A model generated the notes under the pieces. It saw nothing but the letters and a program-made list of their open reading frames with translations. It ran no database searches and was not told the origin of the DNA. Below, in pieces: positions 55,117 through 64,000 of a DNA stretch of 64,000 nucleotides (position 1 is the first letter of the stretch; the number at the start of each line of letters is the position of its first letter). Made by a program: the position numbers and the translations under genes. The stretch comes from an uncultured bacterium (GTDB taxonomy: Bacteria > Joyebacterota > Joyebacteria > Joyebacterales > Joyebacteraceae): contig CAZAQL010000001.1 of NCBI GenBank assembly GCA_964487295.1, forward strand, positions 13,091 through 77,090, read 5' to 3'.

Positions 55117-55994
55117 TCAGCCCGCCTTCTCCGCCGCCCGCATCTCCGTCGCCATGTGCCTGTGGTTCCACACAGCGGCCGCGATGATGAGCGCGATCCC
55201 CGCGAGGCTCAAGCGGTCGGGCACCTCTCCCCAGAGCACGAGCGCTATCACCCCGGCGAAGACGACGTGCGCGTAGTTGTAGATCGAGAGCTGCGACGCC
55301 TGGGCCTGATGGTAGCCGTACGTCAGCGCGAACTGGCCACTCGTGGCGAACACACCCGCCCCGAGCAGAGCCAGCCACTGCCGGGGATCGGGGTGGACGT
55401 ATGTGGCGATCGTCGGCCCGATGACCGCGACCACCGAGACGAGTGAGAACCAGAACACCACGGTGTAGGGCGGCAGCTTGCCCCTGAGCGAGCGGACGAC
55501 GGTGTACGCGCCGCCCGAGCACATCGCCGAGACCAGCCCGGCGACGGCCGGCATCGCCCGGTAATCGAGCTGTGGCTTGAGCACGAGCGCGGCGCCCAGA
55601 AAGGCAACGAGGAGCGCGGGAACGACGTGTCTTGAGAGTCGCTCGCCGAGAAACGCCACGGCGAAGATGGTGACGAAGAACGGCGAGAGCTTGTTGAGGA
55701 TCGTCGCGTCCGCGAGGTTCAGACGCCCGATGGCGTAGAAGTAGAGCAGCATCGCGGCGGTCCCGAACGCACCCCGAAGCAGCAGCACGGGCGCGAGGCG
55801 CCCCTGCGCGAACGGGTTCTCGCCGTACCTTGCCCCGACGGCCGCCATCGCCACGAGCGAGACGACGCTCCGGTAGAACACCTTCTCAACGACCGGGATG
55901 TCTCCGGCGAGCCTCACCATCACCCCGACGAGCGAGAACGAGACGGATGCCACGAGGATCGCCACCACGGCGCGCCCCGCGTTGTCGCGCGTCA
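55117..55994 (-). CDS. DMT superfamily (EamA-like) transporter
   Basis: 10-TM hydrophobic profile with two EamA-type halves. The start is placed at in-frame GTG 55994. The track ORF extends to 56079, overlapping the upstream gene by 55 nt with atypical N-terminal composition. Confidence 0.6.
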
Positions 55995-56024
55995 CGGGGT
56001 CGTGACCGATGCGCAAAGGGTGGC

Positions 56025-57371
56025 TCAACGTCGGCCCCTGTCCGAAGGGGAGAAGAGCCGGTCGGCGGCCCGCGCCCACGCCTCCAGGCGGTCGGGTGTC
56101 TTCGGGTAGCGCCGGTAGTGGCGGTGCGCGGCGGCCGCCTGTCGCGACGCCGCCAGAAGACCGGCGGCGAGAACCGGCCTGCGGGCGGCGCGTCCCACCA
56201 TCGACATCAGGTGACGCGTGAACCGCCCGGGCGAGTTCCCGTAGAGCTCGCGGTAGACGCCGGCGGCGCGGCCCAGTTCCTCGACGAGGAAGGCCAGGTC
56301 TTCATGAGAGAGGGAGGCGACGAGACGACGGAGCACGTCCTGCGCGGCGTGGGGCGCGCCGATGAGACGCATCGTCTCGACCGCGTACGGCCAGAGCTCC
56401 GCGAGGCTCGCGTCTCGGCTGAGCGCGGCGCGCCCGCCGATCCTCCCGGCGAGCGCACCGGCGATGATCGACGGCGCGATGCCGCCGCCGTGAAGAGGGT
56501 TGGTGTGGCACGCGGCGTCGCCGACCGAGATGAAGCCGGGTCCGACGACACTCGCGAGAGGACGCCGAAGCGGGAGCATGCCGGCACCCGACCGCACGGC
56601 CGGCAGGGCCGTGACGTCGTTCCAACGTTCGAGCAGCTCCGGGAGGCGCGAGTGGAGCGGCCGGTCGATCCTCGGGAGCGTCCCGCCGATTCCGACGTTC
56701 GCCATGCGGGCGCCGACGGGGAACAGCCAGCCGTACCCGTCGCCGGCGCCGTCCGGTGACGGCAGGATGCGGATGCGGTCGGGCCGGTCGAGCTCGTTCG
56801 TGAGCGGCACGAGCGCGTAGTACCCGATCCCGACCTCGGCGCGACGCGGCGCCTCGGGACGAACCGGACCGTCGTGACGCGTCAGCACCGACCGGAAGCC
56901 CGACGCGTCGATCACCACGCGGCCCGAGACATCTCGCTCGCGGCTCTCGAGGTCGCGCAGTCTGATGCGGCCGCGTCCGCGGTCCGACCAGCCGACGCAC
57001 GACGTCCCGTCGAGAAGCTCGGCGCCCGCCTCGATGGCGTCGGCGACGAGTCGCTGGCCGAAGAGGGGGCGGTTGATGACGATGCCCGGCTCGTCGACCT
57101 CGACAACGCTGCCCGGGAGTTCGAGCCTGCCGCCCGTGACCTCGGTCGCGATCTCCGCTCCACGCGGCGGATCGACGTACTCAGCGATCGTGGTTGCCCC
57201 GTCGGTGGAGAGCGCGCCGCCGCAGGCCTTGGCTCCGATCTCGCGCGCGGAACGGCTCTCGACGAGGAGCGTGGAGACGCCCGCTCTGGCCGACCAGAGC
57301 GCGGCGGCAGCCCCGGCGGTCCCGGCGCCGACGACGATCACGTCGTGTATGTCCCCGTGTGACGATGACAT
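56025..57371 (-). CDS. FAD-dependent oxidoreductase, geranylgeranyl reductase family (second copy)
   Basis: DVIVVGAGTAGAAAALWSARAGVSTLLVE Rossmann fold. GAKACGGAL. GDAACHTNPLHGGGI. Confidence 0.7.
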   Translation of the reverse strand: MSSSHGDIHDVIVVGAGTAGAAAALWSARAGVSTLLVESRSAREIGAKACGGALSTDGATTIAEYVDPPRGAEIATEVTGGRLELPGSVVEVDEPGIVINRPLFGQRLVADAIEAGAELLDGTSCVGWSDRGRGRIRLRDLESRERDVSGRVVIDASGFRSVLTRHDGPVRPEAPRRAEVGIGYYALVPLTNELDRPDRIRILPSPDGAGDGYGWLFPVGARMANVGIGGTLPRIDRPLHSRLPELLERWNDVTALPAVRSGAGMLPLRRPLASVVGPGFISVGDAACHTNPLHGGGIAPSIIAGALAGRIGGRAALSRDASLAELWPYAVETMRLIGAPHAAQDVLRRLVASLSHEDLAFLVEELGRAAGVYRELYGNSPGRFTRHLMSMVGRAARRPVLAAGLLAASRQAAAAHRHYRRYPKTPDRLEAWARAADRLFSPSDRGRR

Positions 57372-57528
57372 AGAGGACCGGAGCTTACCAGCGGGCCGGT
57401 CGCCGGGTCAATGCCGCCCGGTGCCGTGGGGAACCGCGCTTCGTGGAGCGCATCTAAATGGATGGTGAATAGCGCCGTGTCGCGGTCGCGTGGCGTCCTC
57501 GCGACGCGTTTCCCTCGCACTGCGCCTG

Positions 57529-57557
57529 TTGAAACGGGGCACAAATCATGCTATACT
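57529..57557 (+). promoter_or_regulatory. near-consensus sigma-70 promoter TTGAAA-N17-TATACT in AT-rich island
   Basis: ttgaaacggggcacaaatcatgctatactacagtctgtcaagaatttag. Leaves a ~120-nt leader before ATG 57682. Confidence 0.5.
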
Positions 57558-57681
57558 ACAGTCTGTCAAGAATTTAGCGACCGGTTGCCCCCGCGAACGG
57601 TAGACGGGGGCGTATACCCGTGACGCGGGTGCGCGTCGTGCGGACGACGCGCGCGTCCCGTCGGTGAGGAGTGTGACTCGA

Positions 57682-58728
57682 ATGCGAGGAACGAACAGGC
57701 CAACAAGCGTTCTCATCACGGCGCTTCTCGTACTCGTCGCCATGGCGCTTCCGCTCATCTCCTTCGCGGAGGTGAACCGGGAGGTCTCCCCGGAGGAGCA
57801 GGCGAGGATCGACGCGATCAACGACCGGATCACGGAGATGGGGTACGACTGGGTGGCGGGACCGACGAACGTCTCGCACCTGTCGCCCGAGCAGAAGCGA
57901 AACCGGCTCGGCGGCGAGATCCCGCCGGACATCCTCGCGGAGTTCGAGGCCCTCGAGCCCGATCCTGAGATCCTCCGCATGACGTTCCGCTCGAGTTTCG
58001 ACTGGCGTGACTTCGGCGGCGTCACCCCGGCCAAGGACCAGGCGGACTGCGGCTCATGCTGGGCGTTCGGCGCGGCCGGCGCCACGGAGGCGCACATCCG
58101 GATCGCCGAGGGCGTCATCCTCGACGTCTCCGAGCAGCAGATCATTGACTGCAACGGACAGGGCTCCGACTGCGACGGCGGCTGGGCCGGCGATGCCTAC
58201 GCCGTTCACTACAGCCCCGGCGCCGTGAGCGAGGACGACATCCCCTACGTTGCGGACGACAACCAGAGCTGCCGTGAGCGGCGGTACGACAAGATCGCCA
58301 TCATCGACGGCAGCGCGAACATCTCGAACAACGTCTCCACGCTCAAGTACAACCTCGAGACGTACGGTCCGCTCTCGGTCGGCATGTGCGTCTACGACGA
58401 CTTCTACAACTACACGGGCGGGTGCTACGAGAATCCGGGCACCGACTGGACGAACCACGTGGTTCTGCTCGTCGGCTGGGACGACGCGATGTGCGGGGGC
58501 GAGGGCGCGTGGCTCTGCAAGAACAGCTGGGGGCAGGACTTCGGCGACAACGGCTTCTTCTGGATCAAGTACGGGACCTGTCGCATCGGCACCGGCGCGA
58601 TGCGCCCGGTCAACGCTCACACTCCGAAGACCGTCCTGGTGCCAGACGAGTACGCGTCGATCCAGACCGCGATCGACAACTCGGAGCGCGGCGATGTCAT
58701 CAGGATCGCGGAGGGAACCTACAACTAG
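57682..58728 (+). CDS. secreted papain-like (C1A) cysteine peptidase; N-terminal segment of a gene interrupted by in-frame TAG at 58726-58728
   Basis: GAGGAG RBS 10 nt before ATG 57682. Signal peptide. QADCGSCWAFG active-site Cys. Oxyanion Q upstream. NSWG and WIKYG near the His/Asn region. The reading frame continues beyond the TAG. Confidence 0.75.
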   Translation: MRGTNRPTSVLITALLVLVAMALPLISFAEVNREVSPEEQARIDAINDRITEMGYDWVAGPTNVSHLSPEQKRNRLGGEIPPDILAEFEALEPDPEILRMTFRSSFDWRDFGGVTPAKDQADCGSCWAFGAAGATEAHIRIAEGVILDVSEQQIIDCNGQGSDCDGGWAGDAYAVHYSPGAVSEDDIPYVADDNQSCRERRYDKIAIIDGSANISNNVSTLKYNLETYGPLSVGMCVYDDFYNYTGGCYENPGTDWTNHVVLLVGWDDAMCGGEGAWLCKNSWGQDFGDNGFFWIKYGTCRIGTGAMRPVNAHTPKTVLVPDEYASIQTAIDNSERGDVIRIAEGTYN

Positions 58729-58809
58729 ACGGTCGTTCTCGACGACTACCGGTCGCTGATCGGCGGGTACGACCCGACCTTCACCTACCGGGACCCCGAG
58801 GCCTACCCG

Positions 58810-61323
58810 GTGGTGATCGACGCCGGTGGCGCAGGTCACGGCATCTACGTCGAGGAGAGCGAGAACATCCTGATCGACGGTGTGAAGGTGACCGGAGCGA
58901 CGGGTGTCTCGTCCGGCATCTACGTGAAGGCGACGACGGCGACCATCCAGAACGTCGAGGTCTACGGCTGCTGGCGCGGTCTCACCGCGACGTACGGCAG
59001 TTCGGGTCCCGAGGGTGGGCTCATCATCGAGCTGTCGAACTTCCACGACAACGACGTGGCCGGCGTTTTCCTGAACGACGTGCCGAACGCAGACGTCAGC
59101 CTCTACTACGTCGCCTCGTACGACAACGGCGGACCGGGCATCTACTCCTACTCGTCGGCGACGGACATCGAGAACTGCACGATCGCCGGGAACGGGCTCG
59201 ACGGCGGCATCGACATGCGCTCCTCGACCGGCAACGTCATCATGAACAACATCATCGCGTCGAACACGGGCCACGGCATCGTCTGCACGAGCGCCACGCC
59301 CGACATCTCATACAACGACGTCTGGGACAATTCACTGGGCGGATACAGCGGCTGCTCGGCCGGCACGGGCGACATCTCCGTCGACCCGGTCTTCTGTGAC
59401 GCCGCCGGCGGCGTCTACTCGGTCCACGCCACTTCGCCGACCCTGACCCAGGGCGATGGCGGAGGCCCGATGGGGGCGCTCGGCATCGGCTGTCCCGTGG
59501 GTCCGCAGAACCTCGAGATCGCGCAGAGCGGCGCGTCGCTGGAACTCACGTGGGACGAGCCGCCGGCCTCCCGCGCGACCGTCGACTACTACATCGTCTA
59601 CCGCGACACGGTCGCCGTCCCGGCGCAGCAGATCGCGACGGTGGACGCGCCGGCGACCTCCTTCACCGACATCACCATCCCGGCCTGTCAGCTCAGCTAC
59701 TACCGGGTCTCCGCCGTCGATGACGGCGGCCTCGAGGGCGCGCCCTCGAACAAGGTGTTCGGCGAGCTGTGCTACGATGGTCCGACGGCGCTCACGGCGG
59801 GCTTCACCGAGGGCGCGAACGAGCTCAGCTGGTCGGCCGGAGCGGGACCGATCGACGAGTACGTCGTGATGCGGGGCAACGTCCTCGCGGAGCCCGAGTC
59901 GCTCGCGAGCGTCTCGAGCGCGGAGACTGAGTTCGTCGACGTCTGGACGACCGACTGCCCGCGCGACAACTACCGCTACGAGATCGTGCCCGTCTACGAC
60001 ACGGGCTGGTACGGGCAGCCGTCGGCGCAGGTCTCCGTCGATCCGGCTCCGTCGCCGCCCGAGGGCATATCCATCGGGTGGGACATCGACGACATCGTGC
60101 TGAGCTGGGACTGGAACTGCGAGAGCGACTTCCGTCGCTACTGGGTCTACCGCGACACGATCCCGTTCTCCGATCCGATCGACTCTGACCGGCTCGTGGG
60201 CTTCACGCCCGACACGACGCACGTCGACGAGGGTATGAACCCGAACAAGACCTGGTTCTACCGGATCGCGGCGAGCGACGCATCCTCGCAGAAGAGCGTC
60301 TACTCCGAGCTCGTCTGGCTGGGCACAGGCGTGACGATCGACGTGCCGTCGACCTACTCGACCATCCAGTCGGCCATCAACGCGGCGAGCCCCATCGACA
60401 CGGTGCTCGTGGCGGCCGGCACCTACAACGAGAACATCACGCTGAAGGACGGCGTGCTCGTCATGAGCGCGGACGGACCGGCGACCACGGTCATCCAGTC
60501 CTCGACCGGCAACGTCGTCTCCGCGACCGGCCTCGGCGACCTGACGCTTCTGCGGGGGTTCACGATCGACGGACAAGGCTCGGCGTCGAACGGGCTGCAG
60601 ATCCTGGACTCGGTGCTTCGCATCGACGACTGCTTGGTGACGGGCTGCAACAACGGCATGAACTTCACGTTCGGAGCGAAGCCCACCGTCACCGCGTCGA
60701 CGCTGACGTCCTGTCAGTACGGAGCCGCGGTCGGCGACTCGTCGGTACCGTTCTTCTCGGGCTGCACGTTCAGCGACAACTCGTTCGCGGGCGTCTACAA
60801 TCAGGGCGTTCCCGGACCGCAGATCGGCCGGACGCTCGGGGACGCCTGTGACTTCGGGAACAACGCGTACTTCCACGTGTTCAACCTCGCCGCGTCGGAG
60901 CTCGACGCCGAGTACAACTACTGGGGAGACATCTGCGTCGAGGAGGCCTGGTTCTACGGACTCGTCGACTACATCCCGTGGACGGATTCCGGACACACGG
61001 AGGTCTACACGGAGTGTCCCAACAGCGTGCCCGACGGGGACGGGGGGAAGGCGTTCGTGACACACAACTTCCCGAACCCGTTCAACCCGTCGACAGCGAT
61101 CCAGTACGCGCTCGGCCGGTCGGGTCCGGTCTCGCTCTCCATCTACGACCTGCGCGGACGGCTCGTCCGCACGCTCGTCAACGAGGAGCAGGCGGCCGGG
61201 GACTACACGGTCGTGTGGCAGGGGAGGGACGACGAGGGTCGGCAGCTCGGCTCCGGCGTCTACTTCTACCGCATCGACGCTCCGGGCATCTCTGAGCGCC
61301 GGAAGATGGTCATGTTGAAGTAG
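58810..61323 (+). CDS. right-handed beta-helix / Fn3-like repeats / Por-T9SS C-terminal sorting domain; downstream segment of the interrupted C1 peptidase gene
   Basis: Same frame as 57682..58728, with no stop between 58729 and 61323. The track start is an internal GTG. C-terminus HNFPNPFNPSTAIQYALGRSGPVSLSIYDLRGRLVRTLV..GVYFYRIDAPGISERRKMVMLK. Confidence 0.65.
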   Translation: MVIDAGGAGHGIYVEESENILIDGVKVTGATGVSSGIYVKATTATIQNVEVYGCWRGLTATYGSSGPEGGLIIELSNFHDNDVAGVFLNDVPNADVSLYYVASYDNGGPGIYSYSSATDIENCTIAGNGLDGGIDMRSSTGNVIMNNIIASNTGHGIVCTSATPDISYNDVWDNSLGGYSGCSAGTGDISVDPVFCDAAGGVYSVHATSPTLTQGDGGGPMGALGIGCPVGPQNLEIAQSGASLELTWDEPPASRATVDYYIVYRDTVAVPAQQIATVDAPATSFTDITIPACQLSYYRVSAVDDGGLEGAPSNKVFGELCYDGPTALTAGFTEGANELSWSAGAGPIDEYVVMRGNVLAEPESLASVSSAETEFVDVWTTDCPRDNYRYEIVPVYDTGWYGQPSAQVSVDPAPSPPEGISIGWDIDDIVLSWDWNCESDFRRYWVYRDTIPFSDPIDSDRLVGFTPDTTHVDEGMNPNKTWFYRIAASDASSQKSVYSELVWLGTGVTIDVPSTYSTIQSAINAASPIDTVLVAAGTYNENITLKDGVLVMSADGPATTVIQSSTGNVVSATGLGDLTLLRGFTIDGQGSASNGLQILDSVLRIDDCLVTGCNNGMNFTFGAKPTVTASTLTSCQYGAAVGDSSVPFFSGCTFSDNSFAGVYNQGVPGPQIGRTLGDACDFGNNAYFHVFNLAASELDAEYNYWGDICVEEAWFYGLVDYIPWTDSGHTEVYTECPNSVPDGDGGKAFVTHNFPNPFNPSTAIQYALGRSGPVSLSIYDLRGRLVRTLVNEEQAAGDYTVVWQGRDDEGRQLGSGVYFYRIDAPGISERRKMVMLK

Positions 61324-61377
61324 AGACCGCCAGGTCGCCTGCGACGCGGCGCGGCCGAGCGCGGCACGAGGATCTTC

Positions 61378-61410
61378 GAAGGGGACCGGTTTCCACCGGT
61401 CCCCTTCTGC
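61378..61410 (+). terminator. intrinsic terminator (13-bp perfect stem GAAGGGGACCGGT/ACCGGTCCCCTTC, TTCC loop)
   Basis: 55 nt after the stop at 61323. Followed by TGCGTTCAAT. Confidence 0.6.
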
Positions 61411-61479
61411 GTTCAATAGAGCGGAGAGGTCCGCGCGGCCGGCATGACGGCGCGTTCACAGCATACTGATTGAAAGTCA

Positions 61480-61508
61480 TTGACGACCTGCCGTCATTTG
61501 GGTATTAT
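61480..61508 (+). promoter_or_regulatory. near-consensus sigma-70 promoter TTGACG-N17-TATTAT with TGACG-N6-CGTCA palindrome over the -35
   Basis: AT-rich island (tgattgaaagtcattgacgacctgccgtcatttgggtattatcgtattgttg). ~125-nt leader before ATG 61633. Confidence 0.5.
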
Positions 61509-61632
61509 CGTATTGTTGTCGGACTACCAATCATCAACGAACAGAGTTGCTGCCAGCGGAAGGGTCGGCGGCCAGGTCGCGTTGTCGCGCCTGTCCGTGT
61601 CGCTCGTCCGCGCCATCACGGAGGAGCCGACG

Positions 61633-63543
61633 ATGCGCACACGTTACCGCTTCGCGCTGCTTGCGGTTCTCGCCCTTCTGGTCCCGGCGAGCGCCCTCGC
61701 GCAGACCCCGCCCCCGAACTACGACCTCTACTGGGTCGACACGAACAGCGACCAGGTGTGGGCGTACGTCGATACGGCCGGCACGATCGTGAATCCCACG
61801 CCCATGTTCAGCGGCGTCACTTCGATGGCCGTCGCTCAGGACGGCGGCGTACTCATCGGCAAGCAGCTCGGCATCGACCGTCTGGATCCCGTCACGGGGA
61901 CCACGACGACGCTCGACCCGTACTCGTACAACATCGGTGAGCTCTGCGAGGACGGCGAGAGCGGCGACATATTCTGGATCTCGGGCACCGGGTACTCGGA
62001 GCTCTGGGTGTTGCCCTCCGGCACCAGCACGAGCCTCATGGCGACCACTTTCACAGACCAGCCGCTCGACATCGACGTCATACCGAACGGTGAGCGCGCC
62101 GGGAACCTCCTCATACTCCTCGACTCGTACGGAGTCGACCCGAGGCTCGTCGAGCTTGAGCGCGACGGCCTGAACGAGTTCACGATCGTCGACACGGTCG
62201 CGACGTTCTACGAGCAGTGCCCGCTCGCCTTCTCGTTCCTCCCGAACGGGCACATCATCGTCCTCGATTGCGTCGACGGGATGTGGGAGGTCGAGTACGA
62301 CGGGTCCATGACGCAGTTCGGGACCTTCTCGGACGACGGCGTCACCGACATCTCCGTCGGGGCCGACGGAACCGTCTACGTCATGGGAGAGGCCTACGCA
62401 TCAGTCTTCCGCTTCAACTCCTTCGGCCAGCAGCTGTTCCCGTCGATCTTCGGTCCGCTCCTCGGAGGCCCCATCGAGGCCGTCGGGTTCGTCCCGACGC
62501 CGCCGGGGTCGAACGTCGTCGTGAACCCGTTGCTCGGGGTCGACGTGCTCTTCGAGGAGATCACCGACGGCGGGTACACGTCGGCCGAGACCACCGAGAG
62601 CGACAGCCGCACGAGTCCCGGAGGCAACGACCTGCCGGCGTACGCCCAGCCGCCGGGTTCTCGGAGCGATTTCACCTACATCGCGGCGACGACGAGCGCC
62701 GTCTACGAGAACCTTATCCAGGTGGACGTCTACCTGCCGGGAAGCCGCTTCTTCGTCGCGCAGGGGACGGGGGGCGAGTTCCACGACGTGACGGTCGTCG
62801 GGAGCATCGAGGACGCGCGCGGGGTCATCTCGCGGTTCAACTCGCCCGTGCAGATCCCGACGGGCGACGGCACACGCATCGACGGCCCGACCGAGTTCGT
62901 CCTCGTTGAGGACACGAGGGCCCTCCCGGATGTCGTGGACGCGAAATTTGACAGACTCATCGATCTGCTGAACGACGGCGAGCACTCGCCGTCGGCGACG
63001 ATGGACCTCGTGTACGCGAGCCGGTATCTCCTGAGGCGCGCCATGACGGCCGAGCGCATCTACGACGGGGGCAGCGTGCTCGGCGCCATCGCCGAACTGG
63101 CCATGATGAACGATGATATCCGTTCGTTCGCGGGCAAGGGGGTCCCCAATTCGTCAGAGGATCCGCTCGGGAACGTCGCCGGTGAGATGCTGTCGCGCTC
63201 GAAGACGCTGATGTTCAGTCTCGGCCTCATGGTCACGCCGCTCCGCGGAGCGGGCGTCGAAGCGGACGGGGCGACGCTCGCCCTGGCGACGCCGAACCCC
63301 GTGCGCGGCGAGTGTCGGATGCAGCTCACGGGACCGGCCGGGACTCGCGCGCTGGCGGCCATCTACACCGTGGGCGGCCGGCTCGTGCGGACGCTCTACG
63401 AGGGCGAACTGGCGACGGGCTCGCAGGAGCTCGTGTGGAACGGCACGGACGACGCGGGCCGCCGCGTCGCTTCGGGCGTGTACCTTACCAGGGCAATCGC
63501 CGGTTCGAGGGTCTCGACCGGGAAGCTCGTATACGTCAGGTAG
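61633..63543 (+). CDS. secreted beta-propeller-like protein with Por/T9SS C-terminal sorting domain
   Basis: GGAGGAG RBS. Signal peptide MRTRYRFALLAVLALLVPASALA. C-terminus ..PNPVRGECRMQLTGPAGTRALAAIYTVGGRLVRTLYEGELATGSQELVWNGTDDAGRRVASGVYLTRAIAGSRVSTGKLVYVR. Confidence 0.65.
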   Translation: MRTRYRFALLAVLALLVPASALAQTPPPNYDLYWVDTNSDQVWAYVDTAGTIVNPTPMFSGVTSMAVAQDGGVLIGKQLGIDRLDPVTGTTTTLDPYSYNIGELCEDGESGDIFWISGTGYSELWVLPSGTSTSLMATTFTDQPLDIDVIPNGERAGNLLILLDSYGVDPRLVELERDGLNEFTIVDTVATFYEQCPLAFSFLPNGHIIVLDCVDGMWEVEYDGSMTQFGTFSDDGVTDISVGADGTVYVMGEAYASVFRFNSFGQQLFPSIFGPLLGGPIEAVGFVPTPPGSNVVVNPLLGVDVLFEEITDGGYTSAETTESDSRTSPGGNDLPAYAQPPGSRSDFTYIAATTSAVYENLIQVDVYLPGSRFFVAQGTGGEFHDVTVVGSIEDARGVISRFNSPVQIPTGDGTRIDGPTEFVLVEDTRALPDVVDAKFDRLIDLLNDGEHSPSATMDLVYASRYLLRRAMTAERIYDGGSVLGAIAELAMMNDDIRSFAGKGVPNSSEDPLGNVAGEMLSRSKTLMFSLGLMVTPLRGAGVEADGATLALATPNPVRGECRMQLTGPAGTRALAAIYTVGGRLVRTLYEGELATGSQELVWNGTDDAGRRVASGVYLTRAIAGSRVSTGKLVYVR

Positions 63544-63624
63544 CAGCCGGCGCAAAGCGGCTGTCTTCGGAGGTGGCGCGGGTGGCGGCTGGCCGCCCGC
63601 GCCGCTTCGTGGTAGGCTACCCGC

Positions 63625-64000
63625 ATGATCGGCAGGACGATCACACACTATCGCATCGTCGACGAGCTCGGCCACGGAGGCATGGGCGTCGTCTACGTAG
63701 GCGAGGACACGAAGCTCGGCCGCAGGGTCGCCATCAAGATGCTGGCGCGCGACGTCACGGGCGACCGCGAGCGCGTCGAACGCTTCGTGCGCGAGGCCCA
63801 GGCGGCGTCCGCCGTCAACCACCCGAACATCGCGACGATCTACGAGATCGACGAGGCCGATGGCGCGACGTTCATCGCCATGGAACTCGTGGAGGGGCGC
63901 ACGCTCAGAGCCCGCATGGACGCGGGGCTCGACCCCGCGACGGTCCTCGAGATCGCTCGCCAGGTCTGCTCCGGATTGGCGAAGGCGCACGAGCTCGGCA
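63625..64000 (+). CDS. serine/threonine protein kinase (N-terminal kinase domain; 3' end beyond the window)
   Basis: YRIVDELGHGGMGVVYVGEDTKLGRRVAIKML (glycine loop plus VAIK lysine). The ORF is open to the window edge. Not in the ORF track because no stop is reached. Confidence 0.8.
   Translation, partial: MIGRTITHYRIVDELGHGGMGVVYVGEDTKLGRRVAIKMLARDVTGDRERVERFVREAQAASAVNHPNIATIYEIDEADGATFIAMELVEGRTLRARMDAGLDPATVLEIARQVCSGLAKAHELG

Larger units (their letters stand above)
57682..61323 (+). pseudogene. single ~1,210-codon C1-peptidase/beta-helix/T9SS-CTD gene with one internal TAG (nonsense mutation, sequence error or read-through)
   Basis: The peptide across the stop, ..GDVIRIAEGTYN*TVVLDDYRSLIGGYDPTFTYRDPEAYPVVIDAGGAGHG.., reads as one continuous beta-helix N-terminal cap. 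Confidence 0.5.

Noticed and set aside
58726-58728. TAG decoded as pyrrolysine or a genetic-code reassignment
   Set aside because: TAG terminates several well-delimited genes in the same window (trpS, the metallophosphoesterase gene, the propeller gene). No pyl genes are seen. A nonsense mutation or error is far more parsimonious.
58054-61416. Minus-strand ORFs 58054..59274 and 59332..61416
   Set aside because: Antisense to the C1 peptidase/beta-helix gene. No motifs.

Overview
This 64-kb window is GC-rich chromosomal DNA (roughly two-thirds or more G+C by eye). Coding is dense on both strands, with about 48 protein-coding genes. I found no rRNA, tRNA, CRISPR array, transposase or integrase. 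The high GC content produces long spurious ORFs antisense to almost every real gene. I separated real genes from mirror ORFs using recognisable motifs and domain signatures, signal peptides, Shine-Dalgarno sequences and amino-acid composition.

Gene content, in order:
- The 3' end of hdrA, followed by mvhD, an SdhB-like Fe-S protein, a non-covalent-FAD SdhA/FrdA-like flavoprotein, a hydrogenase maturation protease and a malic enzyme.
- An ECF sigma factor, an S9 peptidase, a ZAS-type anti-sigma factor, an Hsp20 and a CoA-disulfide-reductase-like flavoprotein.
- ptsI, then a TPR/SLT lytic transglycosylase.
- On the minus strand, a tight iscU / DUF4190 / DUF4190 / DUF2752 operon.
- A pseudo-M1 aminopeptidase-like TPR protein.
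- trpS and a phosphomannomutase/phosphoglucomutase (PMM/PGM).
- A second ECF sigma / anti-sigma pair, followed by a DUF4384 protein and a Cys-rich lipoprotein.
- A GT-B glycosyltransferase, a metallophosphoesterase and two geranylgeranyl-reductase-family flavoproteins.
- A TetR regulator with a radical-SAM/SPASM enzyme, convergent on an M50-CBS protease.
- An ABC exporter heterodimer, an FHA-GAF-PP2C phosphatase, an EamA transporter and the start of a Ser/Thr kinase.
- An arsenal of secreted hydrolases (M14 carboxypeptidase, HEXXH metallopeptidase, C1 papain-like peptidase, a propeller protein). Each carries a Por/T9SS-type C-terminal sorting domain and sits behind an AT-rich near-consensus sigma-70 promoter island.

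Most notable observations:
- A single in-frame TAG splits a roughly 1,200-codon C1-peptidase / beta-helix / T9SS-CTD gene.
- An HdrA-MvhD module is genetically coupled to an SdhAB-like pair.
- iscU is joined in an operon with DUF4190 and DUF2752 membrane proteins.
- Many intergenic tandem repeat arrays (11, 23, 27, 28, 40 and 53 bp units).
- A TetR-controlled orphan rSAM/SPASM enzyme.
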